Shown here: positions 39,716 through 51,290 of the stretch, one piece after another | How positions within the stretch are numbered: position 1 is the first letter of the stretch | Layout of the letters: the number at the start of each line of letters is the position of its first letter | Source: Styela clava | Taxonomy: Eukaryota | Direction of reading: 5' to 3' | Assembly (NCBI RefSeq): GCF_964204865.1 | Contig: NC_135254.1 | Location: 15,190,001 to 15,254,000 of the forward strand | DNA length: 64,000 nucleotides | Program-made: the position numbers and the translations under genes | The notes under the pieces: generated by a model | What the model was told of the DNA's origin: nothing | Database searches by the model: none | What the model saw: the letters and a program-made list of their open reading frames with translations, nothing else

Positions 39716-42700
39716 ATGACAGGCTGTTCAGCGCCCAACTGTAATGGAAATAGCCAAAAAGGTTGGTTATTCAAGTTTCCGGTAGATAACGAAAGAAGAA
39801 AAAAATGGGAGGTTAATTGCCGGCGGGGTGGGGGATGGAAGCAGAACTTTCAATGGTGCCTTAGTGTTTAATAAAATATTACTAGCTGGTCTGACTACTT
39901 AGACTGTTCGCTTATTTTATTTTTCAAGTTTAACTTTAACCTTCTTCATTAATGTTTGTAGGTTTGCTGCTTTTGGTTAATAGTTTACGTGTTTTAACTT
40001 GAAACCATTCTAATCTTTAAATTAGAAACGAACTCTTAACGAGTCATAAAACACGTAACAAGTCCTGCAGGCTGTAATAACGATAACGCCTCATGCCCTG
40101 ATGATACCAATACCAGCTTAAAAGCGACCATTCTTTAGGAGAAAAAGGAGAACTTGAACAATGTACAATCAACGAACTCGTTCTTGCCCCTTGCAGTGAA
40201 ACTTTAATTTTGTTTGGCTTATCAGCCAGCCATGATTTGAACCTGTTCATTTTATGCGTGAAAATATATCATATCATTACATGTATACGGAGATATGTAT
40301 ATACAATGTCAACGTCAGATCAGAGCAACAGAATTAGACAACAACATAAGTACCAAATTATGTTTTCTAAAAAATGGTATCTCCGACAGACGTACTAGCG
40401 CATTTTTAAGATGAAGTCAGATCAATCGTACGAAAGGTGACTCCCAAAGACATCAACTGCACAAGCAAGCCCATGATAAAAAGATCAAGGAAAAACCAAA
40501 AACAACAACTCGATATCAACCAAAAATCAGCGATGAATCCATGAATAAAAGCGAAGAGCCAAAGACTATGACAAAAAGAAAAAGACTGTTATGTTAAAAA
40601 AAATGTGTAAAACATTCATATTATTGGAACTATGGACTGTTATAAAAAAAATGTGTGTAAAAAAAATCATACTATATGAACTGTTTTTCATACCGAAAAA
40701 GAGACTGTAAAATTGAAAACTAGTCAGGAATCTTGACTCCAAAAACGAATGAGAAAGATATGAAATGAAAGAACTCCAGAAAGAATCGCCCGCGAATCAA
40801 CTTCAAGAAACCGCGCGGTTATAGCATTTTATATCGTATTATAATTATTTAAATTTCGTTTACAAAATGGACAGACATTCTTCTTCTTCACAGGTATTCC
40901 ATACTTCTTTTTTCTAATCTTTAAGGCGTTCTATATTTGGTTCTGAACCCAACGAGGTTTACTCAAAAATACTTAATTTATTTGGTTATGACAGATATTA
41001 GCATTCGTTTTCTTCAAATATACTTCACGTTGAAGTTAACATTTTAAGATTTTAAAATGATCGTATTTCGAACTAGCTCATTACTGATGTATTTGCATAA
41101 ACGCAATCCTCATTTTTATTTTTTAAACGACCAAAGGGGCTCATCACAATTACAGCCGGAAAGGCTCATCAACGCAACACGCATATTTTTATTTATTATT
41201 TTTCAGCGCTTCAAAATTATTAATGTGAAACGAACTGTATTAGAGATAACTATTTGTAGTAATTTGTCACCTAAATTTAAAATAAACTAATGCCAAATCT
41301 TTTTCTTTCCAGACACTGTTTAACACACACAAACTCTGTCTCATACTCATGATTTCAACTTTCTTATATTTTTAAGAATTTTGTTACATGCGTGTATTTT
41401 TTCACTGCACGCTCAAGCTTGGCCACTGCTCCGCAGTTATAGTAGGTGCATTGTATCGGATATTGGTTAAATTAGCTGCTTTTGGTTAATAGTTTACGTG
41501 TTTCAACTTAAAATCATTCTAATCTTAAAATTAGAAACGAACTCTTAATCATAAAACACGTAACACGTCTTGTAGGCTGTAATGACGATAACAATGGACA
41601 AGTAACTAACGAACTCGTGCGTGCAGTGCAACTTGGTATTTTGTCTGGCTTATCAATCATGACTGGGAACTGTCCTTTGTATTTGTAAATATATACAATT
41701 GCAATACATGTATTCGGAACCATAAGTACAAGATCAGAACAACAGAATCAGCTAGCAACTACTATTATATTTCCTAAACTATCTGTAAAAAATCATCACA
41801 CATCAGGATTAGGGTTAGATGATTTAGTTGTGGTCTCTAGACTCTATGGTTGGGGTGGAGAATCTCCACTGGATTGATTCTATTTTTATAATATAAAAGG
41901 ATTCTATTACTGTAAGCAGTGCTTAGGAATTCAAGTGTATACTGAAATAGAGTACGTTTGAGCCTGAGTACGTATCATTTGTTGTAGAACACCAAGACGA
42001 AATATAATGTTGAAAAAATGGGATGCATAGCGCTCAATATTTCAGAACTACGTTTACTGTATATAATTTACTCCATTTTCAGACTCATTTCGGAGAATGT
42101 CAATTTGAACTGAGAAGGAAAGATAATTGGAAAAAACTGAAATGGAATGCGATACCAACATTATTTAATGTGCCAAATGCACCAAGAAAATTAAAGTCAT
42201 CAAGACGTGACTTGACCAAAATATTAAATGAGGCAAGAAGTGTCGATAAAGAACAAAACAATAAGTTGTGAACTCCGAAATGATCTCTGTTTAAGAGTTT
42301 GAGCGCCATAAAAATAATTTCATCAACGTATAAGGTTTGAGTGAGCACTCCTACGCTAAATGCCACCAGGACGAACCAGTTGTGTCCGAAACATTTAATT
42401 TTGAGGCATATACAGATACAGAACAGGATTGTAAGAACTGTGCAAGCTTGAAGAACGAAGTCTGGAGTTTAAAATATCAGGTATAATTTATATTTGTTAA
42501 TCACGAGAATAATAAGTCTCCATACAATCAAGTTATCAACGTCTCAATGCTTTAAGATCGCGCAAGTCGAGCAAAAAATTTCAAATATGGAGCGAAATCT
42601 CAAGTCCTGTTTCAATGAGGACCAAATTGACGCATTGCAACGAACATTCGCGTCGAAGGGAAACAAATGGGCGAATGAAACCGTGATGACTGCTTTAAAA

Positions 42701-45371
42701 GTTAGATGTGCTCCTGGTGTGAAAGGGTATGTGTCCTGTTTCATTTAATCTTCAGATTGAGGTGTGATGAAAAATTTCCAAACCTATTCAATGAATTAAC
42801 AAGCATGTTTAAAATGCATCACTTCTACTTTAATAATATCATTGCAGCCTTCGATTCTATACTTATATTTCGGATATATATCCTTAATTTATTTTTAGTT
42901 ACAATTTCATTCGAAGTTTGGGCTACCCGTTGCCATCGAGTAGAACACTTTGCAATCGTGTGGTTAATTTAAAACTTGCCCTGGGGATTCAGCATACTAT
43001 AGTATTCTGGATTGGATGAAGATAAAAATGGACGGTTTCTCACCGCGTGAACGACTTTGTACTCTTCTACTGGATGAAGTACAAATAGGTTATGCTGTGG
43101 AGTACGATCCGTCTCTGAATATGATCGTTGGCTACATCAGTAGCGAGTTTGCAACTGGCCAGACAACAACAATGGCGTCGCATGTTCTTTGTTTTATGGT
43201 TAAAGGCGTCACGACGAAATGCAAACAGTTAATTGGTAATGTGTGACTTTATCATCAATATCACGTTGCACTTCTAATATATTTAAATAAACAATTTTGC
43301 ACAAACTTTTTTAGCATATTTTTATACGGGATCATCCAGTAACACAAAAGCTTGTGTTGGAAATGGGGAAACGAGGTTTTATTGTATGTTGCATAGTCAG
43401 TGATATGGGGCCCTCCAATAAGGCTATGTGGCGATCTGCGGGTGTGTCATGCTACAGGTATATTTACTGAAATTGAAATGCTCTTATTTTATAGGTATGG
43501 GACAATCTGAAAATATAAAGAAACTGTCTATATTTACAGGACGGGAGTTAACTGCAAAATTAGACATCCCTACGACGAGAACTTCAACTTGCATTTCATG
43601 GCCGACGTTCCTCATTTATTAAAAAATATAAGGACTGCGTTTTCGAACCATATTATTTCGTTACCTGACGCCACGGTTCGACGCTATGCACTCTCAACAG
43701 CTTCAGTGAGTAAATCAATTGGAAATTCCACCAAAAATTTCTAAACACAACAATGTATAAATAATTTTATGATTGCCTTATTTCTATACATTCCAATGAA
43801 GTTTTTGACCTATATTTGCATTGGAATCTTTGCAGGTTGATTCATCCTTTGTGAAAAGGCTGGTTGCATATCAAGGCACAAAAGAGATGAAGTTAGCCCC
43901 GAAGCTTACGAAAGGACATGTGTTCCCTTCTACATATGAGAAAATGCGCGTTAATATGGCGTGTCAGGTAGAATTTGTCTACAATTTCTCCCATTAAACT
44001 CAATTATTTTATGCTGCCACGGAGTTTTTTTTTATCTGTAGTTCATGATATTCAGAATTTGGATGGCAAATCACTGTTTTGTTATAAATAGGTGATGAGC
44101 CACACAGTCGCTACAGCACTAAGATCACTCGTAGCGGCTGGTGTTTTTTCAAATCATGCGCGGACAACAGCGTTTTTGCTACAGCTTGTGAACAACTGGT
44201 TCGACCTGATGAATTGTCGTCATACAGGCACGACACTTTATGCAGATTCAGATAGCAAGTTGGAGAAAACTAATGAGGTGATTTTAAATACTTTAATCTT
44301 TTGAAAGAACAAAAATTCGAGCCACTCTGCAGCAAAGAGATAAACATTTATCTTTCATCATTTGTTAGGCCTTGTTTGTACTTCAAAACATCGCTTTTCC
44401 TGATAATGTTTTTGAACCTGTGATGAGAGGAATTAAGTTGTCCACAACTGCTTTGCTATCACTTCACCAAGAGTTGGTTGTTAATGGAGAATTAGATTAT
44501 ATATTGAGCGGTCGCTTCACCCAAGATGCTCTTGAAAATTTGTTTTCACAGGTGGGTTTTAATAATAATAATAATAAATTTCTAATACAATCACAAGTAA
44601 GCGACCGAAGATGATATACCACCAGGCATAAACGCAATATTGTTATTCAGGTCAGAGGTTTCGGAAATTCCCATCCTTCTCCGATTCATTTTAGAAATGT
44701 TTTGAAGCTCGTGATAGTGGGACAATTTATGGATGTGCCGACGTCGTCCAACTATGATGTTGACGATACACCTCATTTACTAAGCTTCGTTAAGGATCAT
44801 TTACCATCTGTGAAAAAAGAAAACGGTGAAGGCATATCTCCTGACCCTTTCGATACACTCGTTGGTGCCGCCACTCCCTTGTTAGATTTTATCGAGGGAA
44901 ATGGGTTATATTATTTAATTGGGTGGGGTATCCACAAGGAACTTCCTAAAGAATGTGCCTTGATTTATGAGTGCTTTTGTTACATTAGACATAAACATAA
45001 TCACACAAAAGACAGAAGCAATACTTTCGCTATTTAAATCCCACAACTCCAATCAGAATCTGACCACTGACAACCTAACCGCTCATCTTTGCCATCCAAC
45101 TCCATTAATTTTTGAACATTTTGTTCGAGTAGAATGTATTTTCCGATCGATTATCGAAAGTGTCAAAGAACTTTCCAACATCGAAAACGTTGTTTTGTCC
45201 TCGTTACCACCACCTCCAGCTAATATTCCAGAATGCCATACTACGGCAGAAAATTGTGTAAAGCGATTCATCAAAGCGAGGCTTAGGATCCATGCACGAC
45301 ACATAACCGCAGTTGCATCTGTTAAGCAATTTGGGAGCAGAACGGCAGCGAGAATTACTAATATTAAGTGA
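39716..45371 (+). pseudogene. THAP-domain P-element transposase of element A, intron-rich, disrupted
   Basis: MTGCSAPNC...FKFP...KW; THF...WNAIPTLF (42083); LLLDEVQI; SDMGPSN; MADVPHLLKNIR; YEKMRV; NNWFD; RFTQDALENLFSQ|VRG. Frameshifts or deletions occur in several exons (e.g. end of exon 1, ~44960). Confidence 0.88.
39965..41750. repeat. Diverged direct repeats inside the first intron of transposase A
   Basis: GCTGCTTTTGGTTAATAGTTTACGTGTTT...TTAGAAACGAACTCTTAA...CATAAAACACGTAACA...AACGAACTCGT...GGCTTATCA...AGATCAGA occurs at ~39966-40330 and again at ~41475-41750. Confidence 0.75.
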
Positions 45372-46762
45372 TTATTAAAAGTATACTGTTATTATTTACT
45401 CACATATATATATTTATTCAAATTACCTAATAGTGTACTATTACACTTCATCATTCGAGCATTTTAGAAGTAGCAAATTGTTAGATCCATTGGGAAAATA
45501 TAGTAATTGTAACTTATGACTGGTTGTAATTCTGTCACGAATGATAAATTTCTGCTATTGAATCATATTCAGAATTTCACATCATTTTATGTGGTAATTC
45601 CATTTTGCTATAATACTACTTTGTTGTGCGTACTTAGTTAAACATATTTCCGAATGTCCCATTCATGACATTCGTTTCTGTGATTTACCGTACATTATAT
45701 CCTTAATTTGTGACAAAGAAATTTAAAGGGAAACTGCGTTTTAATCTTTTCATCGGTGTCTCTGCTGCACCTTTTTCCTGGGTTATTGCGTACCTTATTT
45801 TATTTTAATCACAAAGTATTGACTCTGACTTTCTATGACTAGATCATATATATTATCTTTGTTTTTAATTTGTATTAGCTAATACACTCCTCGAATATTT
45901 CGTTTTCTTTTCGCCAATAGACTCGCCATAGTATTTGTTGTTGGCCAGAACAAATAAAACTTTAGTTTTATGTCCTGCGTTTTATTGTAATTTTATCTCA
46001 CGTCGGATACACTATCATCACATTATATGAATCTGGGAAAATAAGGATTCTCTACAAAAATTTGTCTCCACTAAATAGACTAATGGCATGATATGAGTAA
46101 ACTCCCCTCCCTTCGATTTTGTTGTCATTATAGTGAAAACGTTTACCTGTTCAAGCTAGTTTTCCTAATCTTGAACCCGATAATCGATAGCAATGAAGGT
46201 AGGAGCTGACTTAGAGAACCGTGAGGTAGTAATACACCATTTTGTTTGTACCAGGAATTTTTTTTTTTTGTTGCTCCATTTTTTGTTGTTGTTACGATGA
46301 CTATGTTCTGGGTTGACGAAATAAATTCTCTTTCTCTCATTTATTTCAATCGTTAAAATACTACAACCTAGATCGGGTAGATGAGTGATATTCAGCAATA
46401 CTTAATTTTATACCTGTTCGCGACTACATGAGTTTTAATAGATGGACGGGGTGATAATAATTTTAACAACAACGTCAGAAGGGGGTGGGCGGAGTCTTAT
46501 GGGTTGTATATATGATATTTTGTTTGTTACCGGGAGGGTTGCATCTGGCACGTTAATGTAATTGGGTTCTATGCCGATTAGGACGTCCTGACGGAATCCC
46601 ACACTGCCGAAAGAAAATTACCGCTCCAAAACCGCCCCAAGATCCATCAAAAACCATTGAAACTAGGCTTGATCGCGTTACACTACCCATGCCGAATGAT
46701 CGAAAATGGCGTCCATATGACGCCATAATGGGACAAGTTAGTTGCACGGGGTTGATGGATCT

Positions 46763-49700
46763 CAAAGCCCATATTTACCTAAGTTGCGCAACAATGGAAA
46801 TTGGCCGCCATTTTCGATCAACATCGCCTGCGAGATTACGGCGGTTCTGCGTGGTCCGCGGCTAGACTGGTGCCTTCTGCTATAGAATTAAAGGCCGTTC
46901 GGCTCTTAATTGCAGCGGGAATAGCAAAACAGTGCAACTATTCAAGCTATCATCAGAAGCAGAGAAGGAGGAAATGGGAAAATAATTGTAGGCGACGTAA
47001 AGGCTGGAAATCTGGCCCAGGCAGTTCCTTGTGTGAGGTTAGTCAAACGAATGGCCTAATGTCGAACTAACACCAGGAAAGATAGGTTGTACACAGTTTT
47101 AGGATGATGTCATATTTAATTATTTATGTCACGTTGCCGATTCGACTCATTTAAGTTAGCTCTGACCCCAGGAAAGTTGAGAGTTAAATTAGTGAGATTT
47201 TCTAAAATAAACGCTGGCTTCAGGTGTCAGGTTAGGGAAACTGTTTTCAAATCTTCCTAAGTAATGCAAAGTCAGAACATTGCATTGAATGTATCAGATT
47301 CATTGTCACGATTGTTTAAAGCACTGCGGTAACAAAAATTTATAGTAATTAGCAGCATTATGAGTAGACAATTCGGAGCTTAGTGGAAATAATGAATTTC
47401 TGAACTGAATGCGTGTTTCGTTAAGTCACTGTCAATTATATTTTGTGTTAAAAATGGGATTCGAAAATACGTTCATTGTGTAACCTACAACTCATTCCTT
47501 TTTCAGACTCATTTTTGAAGAATACCAATTTGATCCGAAGAGTACGGATAAATGGAAAAAATCTAAATAAAAGGGGATGACAATATTCGATGTGCCAAAT
47601 CCACCAAATTATTCAAATCATCAAGACCTGAATTAACTAAAATATTGACTGAGATGAAGTTTCAAAAAATAACAATAGCCCTACAGTGAGTTGTGAATGC
47701 TAAAATTTTTACTATTGAGAAATTCAGGATTTCAAGACCACCATCTTGTAGACTCTACAACAGTGGTTCTTAAAGTATGGGTCGCGACCCAAACATGGGT
47801 CGCGGAAGGTTTAAAAATGGGTCGCGACAAGGTCGTCAATGCAAGGGCAATCTAAGAGGAGAAGGAAGATATTACAGCTTTCCCAATGTTTCAATTTAGC
47901 TTCTAAACTCTGGTATTTAAAAATAATGAAATATAAAATTTCATTCACGGAAAGAACTGTCTTGAGCTCATTGTTACATCACAATTCTGATATGCTAGTC
48001 ACGTGTATTATTTTTATGGTATCGGTAACCATGCACGTCGCTTGTCGTTGTGTTGACCGCGTGGAATGTCGTATTAGTGGATTAAAAAAACCAAAAATGG
48101 GTGTCTTTTTGGTAATGTAAATTGTAATAGACGACGCAATGAAAAAGCTCGCTTCTCGACATTAGATTATTCAATATCTAGGGAAAATGTGACTTCATCT
48201 CGAGGCACTATTTACCGCGAACGAAGCAGTGTGTGCACATTTGATGAGTAAAAAGTTGTATATTGCGAGAGATACCGAAGGCCAGCTAGGATGTCGTGTT
48301 TGCGACGGACAGCGGACGCCTTTTCTGCTACAATTCGCGACAAGGCACTTGTGCGAGCGAGGATATTTGGCACTGACGGTTATCAAAACTAAGCTCGCAA
48401 TCGCCTCGATACCCGTGACAACTTGCGTATTGCGTTAAGTAAAATAGAGCTGTGTATTGAAGATATAATGAAAAGGAAATTTCAGTTTCATCAATCTCAC
48501 TGAGTCAATGGACTGTTTCTAATAAATAGTTGTCTGTATTTGAGTCAAACTGTACTAACATTAAAAACACATTTTGCGTTATTTAGGATTGGGTCGCGAG
48601 TATTCATAAAACTCAAATTTGGGTCGCGCTCGAAAAAGTTTAAGAACCACTGCTCTACAAGGTGGTGGTCTTGAAATCCTGAATTTTTCAATAATAAATG
48701 TAAATAAATACAATGTAGAGCATGGCTCGAAACATCAAAATATTGAAAAAAGATAGTCCTAAGTTCCAATATGATGGGCATGAGAAATTAAATGTCCGAA
48801 AACTTACATCCCTAAAAATTTGTTCAGTGCAACTTAGGCCTAAGTCACCTTGTTTTACCTTTCATCCCATACAAAAAATTTCAGAAATTGTTGAGAAGAG
48901 AATGGGCCAAAAAGCTTTATAGGGATAAAAAGCAGGGAGGAATTGAAGCTGAAGTGGCAAAAATATTGTTTACAAAGATATTCTCATGCACATCAAAATA
49001 ACCAGAGCTCAGGTCTTTACTAAGTGTGAATATCTAGCTAGATATTCAAAAATGGAAAAAATCCAAATTGTTTTGTGCGTTTTTCTCAAAATTGTGGTTG
49101 TGGCTATTTTATTGATGACTGTATTTTTTGGTTGACAAAATAATAAAATATTTCTCTCATTGTACTACCATGTGTAAGGACGTTTACAATTCAGTTATGC
49201 AGCTGGAGCCTGGAGTGTATAAAAAGAGCGAATTTCTAATGTAACATTGACATCAATATTTAGCTACAGTCCCATTTGACGTCGCCTTCACTGTCGAAAA
49301 ATTTAGTTCGTTTTAGGCCTGTTGTACTGTGAAACTGTGTGTGTCTACTATCCTAATGGGAAAATCAACATGGATGTTTTGTTGCGCCATCAGGACGCCT
49401 TGGTTGTCAGCAAATTCTGGGACGCCAGACGTCAAATCCGGGATTGTCCCGGCCATTACCGGGACGGTTGGTAGCTCTAGCATAATCAGGTCTCGAAGAG
49501 TTTTAGATTTTGCCTACTTTCCCGTAGGCTATATGTGTGTGTGTTGACTTGCATTGCCTATATATTTGTTTTAGTGTTACGGAAAATCGAAATAAACTTT
49601 ACTTTACTAACCGTGCGTTGCGTCTATATTATGTTTGTTGCCGTGCCCCGTATCGGGTTCGATACTGATTGAGACATCCTATCGGATTTCTGCGCCCTCG

Positions 49701-49845
49701 GAATATAACTACTGATTTAAATCTGCCCCAATAGCCTTTTAAAACTACTAAAATTAGGCTTGTTTGCGTTACACTACTCGAGCCGAATGATCGAAAATGG
49801 CGTCCATATGACGCCATAATGGGACAAGTTAGTTGCACGGGGTTG
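46763..49845 (+). mobile_element. P-superfamily transposon B (3083 bp), internally deleted, second unit of the tandem dimer
   Basis: Termini nearly identical to element A (CAAAGCCC.../...CACGGGGTTG). Flanked by ATGGATCT at 46755-46762 and 49846-49853. Retains only degenerate THAP exons (SALNCSGNS...KWENNCRRRKGWK...LCE; exon-2 remnant at ~47507). Confidence 0.88.
47761..48652 (+). mobile_element. Non-autonomous hAT of Buster/Charlie type, 892 bp, nested in element B
   Basis: TIR CAGTGGTTCTTAA / TTAAGAACCACTG. 8-bp TSD CTCTACAA (47753-47760, 48653-48660) fits NNNTANNN. GGGTCGCG subterminal repeats. C-terminal transposase remnant LLQFATRHLCERGYLALTVIKTK...LRIALS...FHQSH*. Confidence 0.92.
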
Positions 49846-50233
49846 ATGGATCTAAACCGCAGTTTCGATCGATAAGTCTTCGGTCTCCGACAGATATTCT
49901 CGTTTATTCATTCAACGGGTCACAACATTTCACCATACATTCACTTAATTCAGTTTTATTTTCCCATCACTTTTTCTCCATCCCTATAACACAATTTTTG
50001 ACTGTGGCATTTTCTCGAGGGAAACAAGACTGGTAGTTTAGTTAAGCTTTGTTAGGCTTGGGTACCGTTAATTTTAGAAAAAGGACACTAAAATATTGGG
50101 ATGAATTCGCGCGAGTGTTAAAATTGTTATTTGAATAACGTTTCTCCCTATTTAACTTATCTATTGAATAAAATGTCATCTACTCCCAAGTGTAAGATTT
50201 TTTAACAGTGGGGTTGATCGTTCGTTAAAGGTA

Positions 50234-50500
50234 TTATTACTTAATCGATCTTGATCGGTAAGTATGTTGATAGGTATTTGCCTGTTTGTCTGTTAGATAG
50301 ACGCGATATCTCACGAAATCGAGGTTTAATCTGCTCCAAAATTTGCACGTGCATTCATTATATCTTGGACCAAAAGCCTGTTGATTTTGGATGAATTATG
50401 TCGTATAATTAGCGAGTTATCAATTAATTAGTGATGTGACACGCGGTGTCGCTATTGAGTCAGAGCGCAGTATACACACCGCTAGATCGATGGCGATCTC
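50234..50500 (+). mobile_element. HINE/DINE-1-like repeat copy (3'-truncated)
   Basis: TTACTTAATCGATCTTGATCGGTAAGTA 5' end, GTCT repeat, and the same core as the 39380 and 55330 copies. Confidence 0.7.
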
Positions 50501-51290
50501 TGATTGCTATCTCGTATTATTAGATTCGAATGTAACTAGTGAACAAGTATGTTTCAATATTCATTACTGATTGAAGGCCAAATTATGATAAATTTACATG
50601 ATATTTTTTTGGAAATGGTTCTCTTGCCTCAAAGTTCTCAAACATCTATAAAGAGGTTTATGATGATACTTGTAAAATAAGCAAAATTGATTTCAACCAG
50701 GCCAAGATTGTCTCACCAACTCGAATCATTTCATTAAATTATGAACATTTTTGTGGTGTCCCCTTTCACTTGGTGCCCTAAGCATGTGCTTAATTTGATG
50801 TTTTTTTAATTAATTTATTGGTTAAACCAGCCCTGGACGCAGCACAGTCAAGATAAGTTGCAGGTGCTGAGTAGCCCAAAAGAGCATATGCTCTTTTATT
50901 CAAATTCTCCGCAGCTGGGTTTGTTTTCTTTATGTTTTCAGTACATACAAGAACCAGATATATATGGTAAATCTAAACTCAAACGATTGGCTTCTAAAGA
51001 AGCCCGTTTTCCGTGATGAAAAAGAGAGGAAAACCAACAAGCTGAGATATACGATGAAGATATTGAGCTGGACACAAATGCGATACAGCCAGGACCGGAT
51101 GTACCATTAGGCAGAGTGGGCTGAAGCCTTGTGGATTCGGCGTTAAATTCTATATATATTTATGAGTCGTATTTTAATTAAAAAAAATTGTTTCAGATTT
51201 TAACCAGTTTATTTTTTATTAGGTCAATAATCCTTGTCTGAAATATTTGTAAGATTACATAATTCAATACGATCGGATAAATGAAAAACT

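Larger units (their letters stand above)
39573..46754 (+). mobile_element. P-superfamily transposon A (7182 bp), first unit of the tandem dimer
   Basis: Begins CAAAGTCC...CGCCATTTTCGATCA and ends TGATCGAAAATGGCG...CACGGGGTTG. Flanked by ATGGATCT at 39565-39572 and 46755-46762. Contains a THAP transposase. Confidence 0.9.
39355..49903 (+). mobile_element. Helentron/DINE-1-like (HINE) repeat split by the P dimer: 5' part ~39355-39572, 3' part 49854-49903
   Basis: The 5' part (GTCT microsatellite, GCGATATCTCA...ATCTGCTCCA...GTGTCACTAT) and the 3' part (CGATCGATAAGTCTTCGGTCTCCGA...TATTCTCG) match the corresponding parts of the uninterrupted copies at 55275-55921. Confidence 0.75.
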
